From positions 146,303-210,302 of IMG/VR virus record IMGVR_UViG_3300013005_000001: DNA of 64,000 nt, one strand, 5' to 3'. The translations under genes and the position numbers were made by a program. Every line of letters begins with the position of its first letter. The first letter of the stretch is position 1. Under the pieces are notes generated by a model that saw nothing but the letters and a program-made list of their open reading frames with translations, did no database searches and was not told the DNA's origin. Of this stretch, positions 28,958 through 39,603 are shown piece after piece.

Positions 28958-29662
28958 ATGGCAGAATATGAAGGTCCAGTAGCTAAGTATCTCAATACTT
29001 ATACTACATTTTCCGGAGCAGATATCGTAGCTACTTTTGGTGGCATTGAAATCGGAGCTCTATCTGGAATCACTTTCTCAGTTACTAGAGAAAAAGCACC
29101 AATTTACACAATGGGTTCACCAAACCCACGTTCCTTTTCAAGAGGAAAAAGAGGCATCGCAGGCTCTTTGATCTTCACGGTATTTGACAGACCAGCTCTG
29201 TACCAAATGCTTGAAGCTAATTATCAAACAGACGGCGGAGGAGCACAGTTCTTTACTAGAAAGAGCAATACTCTTCCAGGTGATGCAGGACACAAGAGAG
29301 GTATAGCAGAGTTCGACAAGCAGTCATTAGACGTAGTTAGTCAGATCCCTTACTATGCAGACCAGATTCCTCCATTCGATATTACAATTACTTTTGCCAA
29401 CGAATATGGCCAAGGTGCAGTAAGATCAATCTTTGGAGTTGAGCTTTTGAACGAAGGTTCTGGAGCTTCTATGGACGACATTGTTATCGAAGAAACGATG
29501 ACTTATGTAGCCCGTGAAATTGGACCTATGTACAAGATTTCAAACTCACAACTCACTGGTGGTATCTTTAATGGTGAAAACAGCCTCAAAAATATTATTA
29601 ATGAAGATGTACCAGGAACAGCTGGACTCAACAAAAACGGCGTTAAGATCATTAGACCTTAA
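28958..29662 (+). CDS. Tail tube protein (major)
   Basis: Follows the sheath; FSGADI..ITFSVTREKAPIYTMG..RGKRGIAGSLIFTVF; terminator downstream. Confidence 0.7.
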   Translation: MAEYEGPVAKYLNTYTTFSGADIVATFGGIEIGALSGITFSVTREKAPIYTMGSPNPRSFSRGKRGIAGSLIFTVFDRPALYQMLEANYQTDGGGAQFFTRKSNTLPGDAGHKRGIAEFDKQSLDVVSQIPYYADQIPPFDITITFANEYGQGAVRSIFGVELLNEGSGASMDDIVIEETMTYVAREIGPMYKISNSQLTGGIFNGENSLKNIINEDVPGTAGLNKNGVKIIRP

Positions 29663-29688
29663 TAGTCCTAAAGACTAATTATAGATAT

Positions 29689-29724
29689 GGGGACTGGATT
29701 AAACTCTGGTCCCCTTATTTATTT
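29689..29724 (+). terminator. Intrinsic terminator
   Basis: GGGGACTGGA-TTAAAC-TCTGGTCCCC followed by TTATTTATTT. Confidence 0.7.
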
Positions 29725-29739
29725 ATAAAGGAATAATCA

Positions 29740-30456
29740 ATGACTGGTGTATGGAAATACGATCAACAATCTATAAGTAAGCATAGACAGCAGCAAGGTC
29801 TCCCAGACCCATTTTCAAATATGTCTTTTGCTGGAACCGATATATCAGCAGCAATGGTGATTCCAGCTATAAATAGAGAAACAGGCACCATAGAGGGCAC
29901 GGATATCTTAGAGCTGGGAGAACTACAAACAATATCATATTCAATCCATAGAGAGAACTCTCCAATAAGAACTGTAGGCCATGTTAATCCAAGGGGATTT
30001 GTTAAAGGTGGCAGAACTATAGCTGGTTCATTGATATTTACTGTATTCAACGAGTATGCCTTCTATAGGATTAGAGAGTTCCGTCAAATGATGGGTGAAA
30101 CAGGACTCTTTTTTGCACCACTAGCAGACATGCTTCCACCGTTTGATGTGGTATTATCATTCTTTAACGAATATGGTTTAGCAGCTAAAATGAAAATATA
30201 TGGCATTACTATAGTAGATGAAGGTCAAACAATGTCTGTTGATGACCTCATTACGGAGCAGACGTATACATACATGGCCAGAGGTATTCAGCCATTAATG
30301 AGCGTTGAAAATGATCCGCTACTTTTGCCCAACGATCAAAGAGATCTCTACCAACAAAGACAAGAGAATTTCTTCGGTGCAACAAATCTCAAATCTTATA
30401 CTCAGTTAATTGAAAGAATTGTTCCACCAGGTGGAACTTCTGCAAATTCTAAATAA
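29740..30456 (+). CDS. Tail tube-like paralogue
   Basis: FAGTDI..ISYSIHRENSPIRTVG..GGRTIAGSLIFTVF..PPFD..F.NEYG; clear paralogue of 28958. Confidence 0.7.
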   Translation: MTGVWKYDQQSISKHRQQQGLPDPFSNMSFAGTDISAAMVIPAINRETGTIEGTDILELGELQTISYSIHRENSPIRTVGHVNPRGFVKGGRTIAGSLIFTVFNEYAFYRIREFRQMMGETGLFFAPLADMLPPFDVVLSFFNEYGLAAKMKIYGITIVDEGQTMSVDDLITEQTYTYMARGIQPLMSVENDPLLLPNDQRDLYQQRQENFFGATNLKSYTQLIERIVPPGGTSANSK

Positions 30457-30467
30457 AGGAAATCAAA

Positions 30468-31655
30468 TTGATTGGTGATGCTAACGCTGGTGGAGCTTCT
30501 GACTACGAACTAAGGGTGGGGCAAAGGCCTTATAGACCCTTCAGTACATATTTGCCAGCAGACTTGCAAGAAAAGCTTTATGGAAAAGGAGGAAGTCTTC
30601 CTCCGACTACCATTAGAACTGGACCATCTTATGATCCATTGAGTGCTAATATAGACACCGAGTGGGCTGGCAAGTCAACGGATGGTCAAAAATTTAATAG
30701 CTATTATGATTACTATTTCAGTGGCGAAGATGTAAAAGTGTACATAGATGGATTATTTGATCCAGAACATGAACTTGATATTGCATCTTTCTCATTTGTT
30801 ATCAAGCAAGAAAAACAACCTTTATACGGTTTTTGGTCCTACAATTATGATGCCATGATGGTTGGCAGTAGGTTGGTTAGCGGAGAAATGGTTGTATATA
30901 CTAGATACCCTGGAAGAATGAGGGATCTACTTTCATCTGCAGCAGAACAGAGAGTTTTGTTTAATAGCGATAAACCAGGGGCATCAAGAATTCAATCTTA
31001 TCTAACTGGAAATAATGAGCAATCTTTAGAGGATGAAAAAAATCTTCAAAGATATTGGAATAGATCTAATCTAGATAGACTTACAGCAGATAACGATAAA
31101 ACAGATAAAAGAAATATATTTAGCTCTCATCCACCTTTTAACTTCATAGTTAAATATGGAACACAAGAAGGTTCAGTCAGTACGGTGGGTAGAAACTTAG
31201 GAACCGATTCTGTTGACAACCTTGAGACGCTAGATAGGTTAATGGCTACTGATTATAATGAAAGACTAGTTAAACCATCTAGAGGCAACACTGGCATGGA
31301 CATAGTCCTGCAGGACGTTCACCTGGTGAGCATGGGAACCTCTATTGCACCTGGTGGTCAGGCAATGATTGAAAGCTATCAATTTATGTCTAGAGATATG
31401 TATATTTCCAGTGGCAATATTAGAAATACTCAAAAGTCTGTACTTTCAACTGTTGATTCTACAGGAATTGAAAAGACTCCAACCAACAAAGTCCAGCCAC
31501 CATTGTCTCCTGGTAAGATTAAACAATTAAAAGATTTCTTTGAAGAATATGATAATAGCAGTAGCGAAGTTCCTCCTGTCGACAATAGTGCAGGTTTTTC
31601 TGGTGGAGGCGGAGGAGGCTTTTCTGGTGGAGGGGCTAGCGGATATTTCGGCTAG
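30468..31655 (+). CDS. Divergent tail tube-like/tube initiator protein
   Basis: FSGEDV..FSFVIKQEKQPLYG..GSRLVSGEM..PPFN; Gly-rich C-terminus. Confidence 0.55.
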   Translation: MIGDANAGGASDYELRVGQRPYRPFSTYLPADLQEKLYGKGGSLPPTTIRTGPSYDPLSANIDTEWAGKSTDGQKFNSYYDYYFSGEDVKVYIDGLFDPEHELDIASFSFVIKQEKQPLYGFWSYNYDAMMVGSRLVSGEMVVYTRYPGRMRDLLSSAAEQRVLFNSDKPGASRIQSYLTGNNEQSLEDEKNLQRYWNRSNLDRLTADNDKTDKRNIFSSHPPFNFIVKYGTQEGSVSTVGRNLGTDSVDNLETLDRLMATDYNERLVKPSRGNTGMDIVLQDVHLVSMGTSIAPGGQAMIESYQFMSRDMYISSGNIRNTQKSVLSTVDSTGIEKTPTNKVQPPLSPGKIKQLKDFFEEYDNSSSEVPPVDNSAGFSGGGGGGFSGGGASGYFG

Positions 31656-31702
31656 TCAATATTTCCAAAGGTCCCACACAACAAGTCAGTATACATTTTT
31701 TG

Positions 31703-31711
31703 TGTTATAAT
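31703..31711 (+). promoter_or_regulatory. Extended -10 TGTTATAAT
   Basis: Intergenic, upstream of the AGGAG SD of 31751. Confidence 0.45.
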
Positions 31712-31750
31712 GTAGATAGAAAAATCTTTAATTTAAATTAGGAGAAAAAA

Positions 31751-32284
31751 ATGGCCGAAGGCAGAAAAGTAATCGTTAAAAATTCTGAAGAGCTTGCAGA
31801 ACAGCACGGTGCTGATCAAGTATATACTGCAGAGGAAGTAACGGGAAGTGAAGAAGAACTTAGTGAGATGCAAGCAGCTGCAGACTTTGTAAATGAAAAT
31901 CCGACTACAGTAGAAGATCTTGCTGATGATGAACTAATATGGCCAGATGGCCCCACTGCTGGACAAATTAAAATGTGGAAGAAAGAATATGGAGATGTTT
32001 ACGTAACGTCTATTACTTTTGACAAGCACATTGCTTGGAGAACTCTTTCCAGATTAGAATACAAGAGCCTTGTAAGAAAGATGGAACAGCTAATGGAAGC
32101 AGGACAACTTTCTTCTGGTGAAGCAAATCTTTGGAACGAAGAAGCTATTGCAGAGATCTGCATACTCTTCCCTCAATATGATAGACAGTCTATAACAGCA
32201 GACCTTGCTGGATTGCCATCATTGATCGCTCAAGAGGTGCTAGAGGCATCTGGCTTCGTAGCCCTAGAGGTTCGACAGCTTTAA
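31751..32284 (+). CDS. Tail assembly chaperone-like protein
   Basis: Between tube and tape-measure genes; WKKEYGDVY..WRTLSRLEY..EVLEASGF. Confidence 0.6.
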   Translation: MAEGRKVIVKNSEELAEQHGADQVYTAEEVTGSEEELSEMQAAADFVNENPTTVEDLADDELIWPDGPTAGQIKMWKKEYGDVYVTSITFDKHIAWRTLSRLEYKSLVRKMEQLMEAGQLSSGEANLWNEEAIAEICILFPQYDRQSITADLAGLPSLIAQEVLEASGFVALEVRQL

Positions 32285-32287
32285 AAA

Positions 32288-32917
32288 ATGCTAGACTCAG
32301 ACCTGTTATATGAATTAAAAAAACAGCATGGTTCTTTATTCCAAACTTCAATTAAAAACCAAGTAGTTGTTTTTAGGGAGTTAAAATTCTCTGAGTTCGA
32401 TAGAATAGCTGAGCATCAACTATCTGGCGATTATACAAATCTAGATATAGAAGATTTTATAATAAAAAGTGCTGTAGTCTATCCACTAGAATTTGATACA
32501 GATAGACTTCCAACTGGAATGATATCCTCTTTAGCTGATGAGATATTGCAAGAATCTGGTTTTTCTTCAGCTAAAAAAGCTAAAAATGTTTTAGAATCAA
32601 AAAGGCAACAAGCTTCTGAAGTAAGAAGCTTAATGAAAGCCTTTGTTTTGGCTACTATATCTACATACTCTGCTGAAGATTTAGACGATATGACTTATAC
32701 AAAGTTGGCAGAAAACGTAGCTTTGTCTGAAAAAATAATAGAAATTAAACAAAATATTCTTGGAATACAACCAACAAATGTAACCATACAATTGGTTGAC
32801 CCTGAAGAAGAAGCAGAAAAAGAACAAGACTTCGCTAATAGATTTAATCAATCTAGAGGTGTCGGAGAAGCAGCTTATCAAGACCCAGTTGCCCAAAAAT
32901 TGTGGGGAATGCAATAA
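32288..32917 (+). CDS. Tail assembly chaperone-like paralogue
   Basis: LKKQHGSLF..FRELKFSEF..EILQESGF; same frame as the previous gene. Confidence 0.6.
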   Translation: MLDSDLLYELKKQHGSLFQTSIKNQVVVFRELKFSEFDRIAEHQLSGDYTNLDIEDFIIKSAVVYPLEFDTDRLPTGMISSLADEILQESGFSSAKKAKNVLESKRQQASEVRSLMKAFVLATISTYSAEDLDDMTYTKLAENVALSEKIIEIKQNILGIQPTNVTIQLVDPEEEAEKEQDFANRFNQSRGVGEAAYQDPVAQKLWGMQ

Positions 32918-32934
32918 GAAAGGATCACTAAATC

Positions 32935-35900
32935 ATGATTAGAAATCGTGGTCCTATATCTACCCTGGGGTACAACCTTACTTCCAGGGATCTGCCAACT
33001 GATGAAGGGGAATCAGAAGGCCCAAGTCCTAACTCTGGAGCTATAGCAAAAGCGCTTAACGGTCATCCCGTTATGCGCTTTTTTGCGTCTGCTGCAACAG
33101 CGTTGGTTGCCACTCACGTAGCTTCTAAATTTGTTTCAGCTGGTGGAATAAAACTTGCTACAAAAATACAAAGAGCATCTGATTCAGGTGGCCAATATGC
33201 CGGAGCATCTACTAGATTCATTGAGAGCGCTGGCAAGATAAAGAAGGCCTTAGATGAATTAGAAGGCGTACATAGAAGTGTTGATGGAGTTGATGATTCA
33301 GATGTTTATTCTAAATTAGTTTTTGAATATGGTGGAGAAAGACTAAAGCAAAATTTAGATAGAGTTACTGGTGGAAGGTTCTTATTAGAAGCTGGATCAT
33401 ATATAACGACTCCTGAAATGAGGGCTGCAGGAAGAGGCATAACCCATGAGCCACCAGCAGTATGGACCCTTAAAGATGATATACAACAACTGCTAACAAG
33501 GAGAGCTAGAAATCTAGCCATCGAGTTACCTGCAATGTATGTTGCTCAAAGAGTAGTTACGGAACCATTATATGGTGATGGCAATAGAAAAGATAGAGGC
33601 AAATGGTATAACCCAGTAGACGTTATATCAGACTTTGCTAGACAGTCAACCATAAACATAGCAAGCATGTTAACTCCATTAGAGCTTGGTGGAGCAGGTC
33701 TTGCTAGGGCCAAGTTTCTTGCATCAGCTCCTTATTCTAAAAATCCAAATTTAGTTTTAACCGCCAGAGAGACTAAGTTATCTGAGTCCTTCTTAGATAT
33801 CAAGACCATCCTAAGTAGCTTTGGTCAAGATATACAAAAGGTTACAACTGGACTAACAAGAAACTCAACAGCTTTAGGAGTTGCCTTCAGCTCTGCCGCA
33901 GACACTGTTACAAACTCCTCAGGAAGCTCTGTTTTTGCGTTACAGCAAGCAAGAAGGGGTGCACAAAAAGCAGCACAGGCAGCCTCTGACAGAGGAGCCG
34001 GAAAATTACAAGTAGCTGCATCATCAGTAAAAGGCTACCTATTTGGTCATGAAGTAAAAAATCCTTTAGACATAGAAAATAATCAAATTTTTCAAGGAGC
34101 AATAGATTCAATCCCAGCATTGAGGGGAACGACATTAGGTGCTAAGAGTTTTAGAACAAGGTTTAGAACTGCAAAAACTGCTTATGATGTATTGGATGGA
34201 GCAATATCTTATGATGAAGCACTTCGTAAAGTCAGTGGATCAGTAAGCGGAACTGCTGATGACGCTAGTAAAAATTTACTGTCTTCAACCATAGTTCAGA
34301 TTAGAGACTTGCATAGCAGTAAGTTTAAAGATTTTGCAAACTCATTACTGTCTGGAATTCAAACAGGAGACAGTACAGGAGGCAGCTTAAGCGCCAAAGA
34401 GATGTCTAAAGACATGCAGGTGAACGAGTATAAAAAGAACCTTAGATATAATCTTATCAACAGTGGCGTAAATGAAGAGACAGCATACAACTTAGTAAGA
34501 TCAGTTGACGTTAGCGAAGTACCTAGATCATTTAGTGGTGCAACAAACATCACAAGAAGAGTGAGCTTGGGTATAACAAAAATTGTAGACGATAATAGTG
34601 AAGGTGATTTTTTTCAACAATTAATTGATAGAATGACTCACACAACTGGGTATAGTGATCCAACTTTAACGCGAGATACAGTAGCTGCATCAGTAGAGTT
34701 AACTGATATTTTATTTTCTCAAAAAGATTTTCAACAAAGATTACAAGGAAAAATTTCTAGCTCTTGGAATAAGGTTTATGATGAAATACACACTGAATCT
34801 GCAAGAAAATTAGTTAAGCCTCAAAAGGTAAATTATAAAGATTTTGAAGGAGATATAAGTCCAGAAAAAGCTGACTATCTAGCAAGATCAGTTGCTGACG
34901 TAATGGGCATAAGATTAACGGAAGCAGATGGAACAAGAGTATCTAGAAATGCAATTGGAGATAGTCTAGCTAGGCGTGGAATAAATGTTGATGATACAGG
35001 ACAACTAAGAGCTTACCTCATAGAAAATAGGAGAATGAGTTCTCCAGTATTTGAAGATGGATTTAATATACTTGGCCTTAAGCCACTATTAATTGACGAA
35101 GCGTTTAATAAAGGAATATTTGATTATTTAAACTCAGAGCAAAAAGGCGTCATAGAAGAGATGGCTGGGAACATAGCCAGAACAGATCCAATATCTTCTA
35201 CAATAGGCTACTCAGAGATGAAGGGTGTATATCAAACTAGGTCCGGAGGAGTATTAGATACAACTAGAATAACAGGAATGTTGTCAAGAGCTGTTGATTT
35301 TGTAAGAGATCAAACTCAAATACCAGTTATTAAGTTTAACCCACTTGACATGATTGGGCAAGGTGGCGCTCAAGGCGTAGACAAAAGAAAAATGTTTCAG
35401 TACGCAGAAGGTTTTTCTAATCAACCTTTTGGAAAAGTCGGTTCGCAAACTCCTGGGTTATTTATATTCAGTCAAGAAAAAAGAGGATTTTTTGGACCTA
35501 AAGGAAGTCTATTTACGCTATCTGGCGATTCCAACAATGATCCAATAATAAAAAAACTACCAGGACTTTATCGTCAATTTTCAACTAGCGAAAACGACAT
35601 GTTTGCTAGAGCTGCAAAAAGTGTTGCTCAAAGACAACTTACCTTAGCATTAGACACAAGAGGAACACAAGATGATAGTTCATTGGGTTTTCTTGATAAA
35701 GTTAAGAAAAAATTTGACGTAGCAGAAGAACAACAAAACTCAGTCGCTAGGTACATCGGTAGATTCCGCAGAAGAAAAAATGATATTAGTAATCCAACAG
35801 TTTTTGCAAGACTTATGGCTAACGAAGAAATTTCTACAGGAAGAGGTAGAACTTTATCTTTGCAAGAGATTACGCCTGGTTCGGAAACAGAAGCACCTAG

Positions 35901-38900
35901 ATTTGGTGTAGTCGATCAAGCAGGAAATGTAGTACACGATCATAAATCAGTCCTTAATGCTTATGAATCATTCAGGAGAAGAACTCAAAGTTACGGAACA
36001 CCAAAAGCTGTTATAAAAGAATTTGAAAGAAAAAATTCAGGATTCTTAATCAACAATATAGATGGAACAGACATTGCGTTGAGCGATATTACTTCAGAGT
36101 CTCAACTTAGGCAATTTGCAGTACAAGAGTTGGACAGAGCTAGAGAACAATCAGTAGTCCTGAGAGCTGGCGGGCAGGACCCAAGAGCATTAACAGCTTC
36201 AATGAGCATAGTTGAAAAGCAAATGTCTCAGTTCAATTTGAATGAAGTATCTCCAAGGTCTAACGTTTCTCCAACCATTACAACAAGAATGGATGATTTA
36301 AAAGAATCAATTTTCCAATTAGCTTTACAAAGAAGATCTTTCCAATCGTCAACCTCATCTGGTAATCCTGGTCAGATAGCTATTGATATAGAAGAAATCG
36401 TTGCTGATTTAAGGTCAAGAAATATTATAAGTCAAGCTCAAGCTACAGAGGCTAGAGCGGCAGGACTTTCTGCCATGTTGAACTTTGTTGCTTTTGGTGG
36501 ATACAAGAGATCGGCAACAGAAGGATCAAACTTATCTCAAGCAATATCTGGACTATTAGGCATAAGGGCAGACTCAACTAGTAGTCCATCTTATAGAGCT
36601 TTATTCTCACCTTTTACAAGCGCTAAAATAGCAAACGTTGGCCATAGCGGTTTTGGAAGCAGCCTAACTAACGTCATAAGACCAACTATAGTTTCTAATT
36701 TTAAGCCAGCAGATTATAGTCTGAACGAACTTGCGTCTAATCCATTAGGAAATCAAGGAACAGTTTTTGTTCCAACATTTGGAACTGCTGTTAAAGAAGT
36801 TGGATTTACCAGGGCAACAAAAAGTGTATTGGGAATAGGAACTTATAACGATGCACAAAGCTTTAGTTCTGGTTCTGTTCCTATGTCTCATGGAGTTGAA
36901 AGATTAAATAAATACTTTGAAACATTTGGTTTAGGATTAGACACTTCTCAATATGGTGGCCCCTTAGATTTATATGCTCGTGGAATGGTTACAAAAAGAG
37001 TTCTTCCTTTGGTTGCAGGAGGAACAGCATTAGTAGCAGCAGACAGAACAATTGGTGGCGTTGTAAATGAAAAAGACGAAGAAGGAAATAGAGTATATTC
37101 ACCTTTCTTGTTAGGAAAGGCCGCAAGAGGAGCAGTTGAAGTACAGTCCGCTTTTTCAGGAGTCACTCCTGGAGGAATGTCTTATAACGAGAAGAAGGAA
37201 CAATTAACCGAAGGCGAAGTTCCAATTAAGCAAGGAAGGTTTTGGCCACTTGGAGTAACTCCATTTGAGGGTGGCAAAACAATGTATTACAGACCTTCTT
37301 ATTATAGAAGGTTGCAAGCGGGGGCATCTTATACTAAAGAGTCTTTTGGCAATCCAATGGAAAGACTCGCTTTTGGTTATGATTTTTCTCCACTCAGACC
37401 ACTTGATCCATATAGGTTTGAAAAACAACACTATGAAGATAGGCCCTATCCTGTAACTGGTGAATATTTTACCGGTCCTTACGGTCCATTAACCCCTCTG
37501 TTGAATGCAACATTAGGAAAAATACTAAAACCGCAAGTAAGAATGCATAAGCAAGAAGTTGAGCAAGGACTTGCTAACTACGATGCAGCAGGACAAAGTG
37601 GAGCATATAACACTGAGGGCCTATCTGGACAAGGTGGAGATCAATATGCTTCAGGTTATGTTGGGGGAACAGGGGCTTCATATGGTGGAGCCTATGGACT
37701 AGGGGCTTCTGCCCTATCAGGCTCTAATCAAAGGCTAGCTTCTGCTGGAGCATACTCAATGCAGAGTGCATCCAACATGTCTTCTACCGCTATAGCGAAT
37801 ATCAACAATCAATACATTCAAGCTAGTCAGTATGGACCAATGCCAAGACCAGGAGTTGTACCTCCTAATATTGTCCCAGCAGGAAGGCCAGTCCCCAGTG
37901 CAAAAATTGGAATTCAAGCTGGAGACATCGGCTATAGAACTCAAGAAATGGCTGGTATATACGGATTTGGATTTGCTTCACTAAGAGAAGGTTATGGATT
38001 TGGTCAATCTGACTTTCAGCCACAGGTATCTGTACTTCAGTCAGCATCTAAAGCTTATGGATCAGGAAGAGCATTTTGGGACCTAAACTTAGGTGGATTA
38101 GGTGACGTTCCTATCAAGCCAGAAGGTGCTTTAGGTAATATAGAAATATCTGAAATTGTTAGAAGATTTATTCCAAAAGAAAGAACAGATGTTACACAGA
38201 TAAACCCAATAGCAAATACTATGGGGGTTAAATACCCATTCTTACCAGGTTCAAATTATTTTACAAACTTTAAACAAGGAGATCCTTACACTAAAGTTCC
38301 AGAAGGAGAAATAAGATTACCAGGTATTGGCTATAGAAGACTCAATCCAAATATGGGTGGGTATGATGATCCACTAACGCAATTAGATATTCTTTCAGAT
38401 GTTGCACCTTATTCTAAAGAGTTCAGATCTCTAAACAATAAGATGAGTCCATCTTCTTTGGATCCAGGGCAAAGAGAAAAACTAGAACAAATACGAGCAC
38501 AAGTAGCGGACACAACTAGTAAGTATAACTTTACGCCCTATAAATATAAGTACTCTTCTCCGGAAGAACTTGGCATGTCAAAAACAAGATTTGGCATTTC
38601 TAGAGTAGGCGAATACATAGCTCACAGAGATACTTTTATCAACACTAAGATCATGCCAAACAGGACCGCTCAAGAAGATTGGGAAAGAAGAAATGTCTAT
38701 GGTGCAACATTCCCTGAATGGCAAAATCCAATTGAAAGCTTCATTAAGCCAATGTACTTTAAGTCTCAAGGAAGAAGTCCATTAACTAGTGGATTAATGA
38801 TGGCTGGTGTTGGAGCAGCTTTTGGTAGAACTCCAAATGCTAAGACTGCTGGAACCTTAGTTGGTTTTGCAACAGGAGCTGGTTATAGTATGTATAATAA

Positions 38901-39597
38901 AGCTAGAGAAGCTGTAACTGGTGAAAGATTCATTCCACGAGAAAGAAAAAAACAACTAGCACTAGAAGAAAATATAGATATTTTAAACTATGTTAAGAAT
39001 ACTTCTTTGGCTAATCGAGCTGAAGAAAGTGGAGATATTCAAGGAGCTGCTCAATTTAAACAAGCTGCCAAGAGGACAATGTATGGAGCAGATATTTATG
39101 GTTCCTCAGTAGATACTTTATCATTGGCAATTCCAAAAAGAAAACGTGAGCACTTTAAAGAAATGTTAACAGCTCCAGTTGAGGAGAGGGAAAGAATCCT
39201 TTCTACCGCACCAAGATTAGAAAGAAGAATCTACCAAGCAGCATGGGGAATGAAAGTGGAAGAAAAACCAGATTTAGTTGAACACTTTTCTAGACACGAA
39301 TTACCAGACGCCTCGTGGGAAGGCTGGAACCCAAGTACTAACATGGAACATGTTAAAATTAATATGGGTCAATCAATGGGAATTAATATGGCACAAATGG
39401 GTTACTATCCACAACAGATAAAAGAAGCTAATTTAACAAATCCAAGTTATCCAAGCTTTAATCAGCAATCAAACCCACAGGATGTTGGACAACAAATTAG
39501 AATGATGATGATTAGAAATGGAATATCGGGAAGTGTTGTTCCTGTAATGAATGGTTCTGGATCTTCTGGTGTAGATATATTTTCTGGTGTTAGGTAA
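32935..39597 (+). CDS. Tape-measure-like giant virion protein
   Basis: 2220 aa after the chaperones; A/G/S-rich with hydrophobic segments. Confidence 0.6.
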   Translation: MIRNRGPISTLGYNLTSRDLPTDEGESEGPSPNSGAIAKALNGHPVMRFFASAATALVATHVASKFVSAGGIKLATKIQRASDSGGQYAGASTRFIESAGKIKKALDELEGVHRSVDGVDDSDVYSKLVFEYGGERLKQNLDRVTGGRFLLEAGSYITTPEMRAAGRGITHEPPAVWTLKDDIQQLLTRRARNLAIELPAMYVAQRVVTEPLYGDGNRKDRGKWYNPVDVISDFARQSTINIASMLTPLELGGAGLARAKFLASAPYSKNPNLVLTARETKLSESFLDIKTILSSFGQDIQKVTTGLTRNSTALGVAFSSAADTVTNSSGSSVFALQQARRGAQKAAQAASDRGAGKLQVAASSVKGYLFGHEVKNPLDIENNQIFQGAIDSIPALRGTTLGAKSFRTRFRTAKTAYDVLDGAISYDEALRKVSGSVSGTADDASKNLLSSTIVQIRDLHSSKFKDFANSLLSGIQTGDSTGGSLSAKEMSKDMQVNEYKKNLRYNLINSGVNEETAYNLVRSVDVSEVPRSFSGATNITRRVSLGITKIVDDNSEGDFFQQLIDRMTHTTGYSDPTLTRDTVAASVELTDILFSQKDFQQRLQGKISSSWNKVYDEIHTESARKLVKPQKVNYKDFEGDISPEKADYLARSVADVMGIRLTEADGTRVSRNAIGDSLARRGINVDDTGQLRAYLIENRRMSSPVFEDGFNILGLKPLLIDEAFNKGIFDYLNSEQKGVIEEMAGNIARTDPISSTIGYSEMKGVYQTRSGGVLDTTRITGMLSRAVDFVRDQTQIPVIKFNPLDMIGQGGAQGVDKRKMFQYAEGFSNQPFGKVGSQTPGLFIFSQEKRGFFGPKGSLFTLSGDSNNDPIIKKLPGLYRQFSTSENDMFARAAKSVAQRQLTLALDTRGTQDDSSLGFLDKVKKKFDVAEEQQNSVARYIGRFRRRKNDISNPTVFARLMANEEISTGRGRTLSLQEITPGSETEAPRFGVVDQAGNVVHDHKSVLNAYESFRRRTQSYGTPKAVIKEFERKNSGFLINNIDGTDIALSDITSESQLRQFAVQELDRAREQSVVLRAGGQDPRALTASMSIVEKQMSQFNLNEVSPRSNVSPTITTRMDDLKESIFQLALQRRSFQSSTSSGNPGQIAIDIEEIVADLRSRNIISQAQATEARAAGLSAMLNFVAFGGYKRSATEGSNLSQAISGLLGIRADSTSSPSYRALFSPFTSAKIANVGHSGFGSSLTNVIRPTIVSNFKPADYSLNELASNPLGNQGTVFVPTFGTAVKEVGFTRATKSVLGIGTYNDAQSFSSGSVPMSHGVERLNKYFETFGLGLDTSQYGGPLDLYARGMVTKRVLPLVAGGTALVAADRTIGGVVNEKDEEGNRVYSPFLLGKAARGAVEVQSAFSGVTPGGMSYNEKKEQLTEGEVPIKQGRFWPLGVTPFEGGKTMYYRPSYYRRLQAGASYTKESFGNPMERLAFGYDFSPLRPLDPYRFEKQHYEDRPYPVTGEYFTGPYGPLTPLLNATLGKILKPQVRMHKQEVEQGLANYDAAGQSGAYNTEGLSGQGGDQYASGYVGGTGASYGGAYGLGASALSGSNQRLASAGAYSMQSASNMSSTAIANINNQYIQASQYGPMPRPGVVPPNIVPAGRPVPSAKIGIQAGDIGYRTQEMAGIYGFGFASLREGYGFGQSDFQPQVSVLQSASKAYGSGRAFWDLNLGGLGDVPIKPEGALGNIEISEIVRRFIPKERTDVTQINPIANTMGVKYPFLPGSNYFTNFKQGDPYTKVPEGEIRLPGIGYRRLNPNMGGYDDPLTQLDILSDVAPYSKEFRSLNNKMSPSSLDPGQREKLEQIRAQVADTTSKYNFTPYKYKYSSPEELGMSKTRFGISRVGEYIAHRDTFINTKIMPNRTAQEDWERRNVYGATFPEWQNPIESFIKPMYFKSQGRSPLTSGLMMAGVGAAFGRTPNAKTAGTLVGFATGAGYSMYNKAREAVTGERFIPRERKKQLALEENIDILNYVKNTSLANRAEESGDIQGAAQFKQAAKRTMYGADIYGSSVDTLSLAIPKRKREHFKEMLTAPVEERERILSTAPRLERRIYQAAWGMKVEEKPDLVEHFSRHELPDASWEGWNPSTNMEHVKINMGQSMGINMAQMGYYPQQIKEANLTNPSYPSFNQQSNPQDVGQQIRMMMIRNGISGSVVPVMNGSGSSGVDIFSGVR

Positions 39598-39603
39598 AAG
39601 TAA

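Noticed and set aside
32278-32290. -1 slippery site TTTAAAA at the chaperone junction
   Set aside because: Not phased as X XXY YYZ in the upstream frame, and the downstream ORF is in frame 0.
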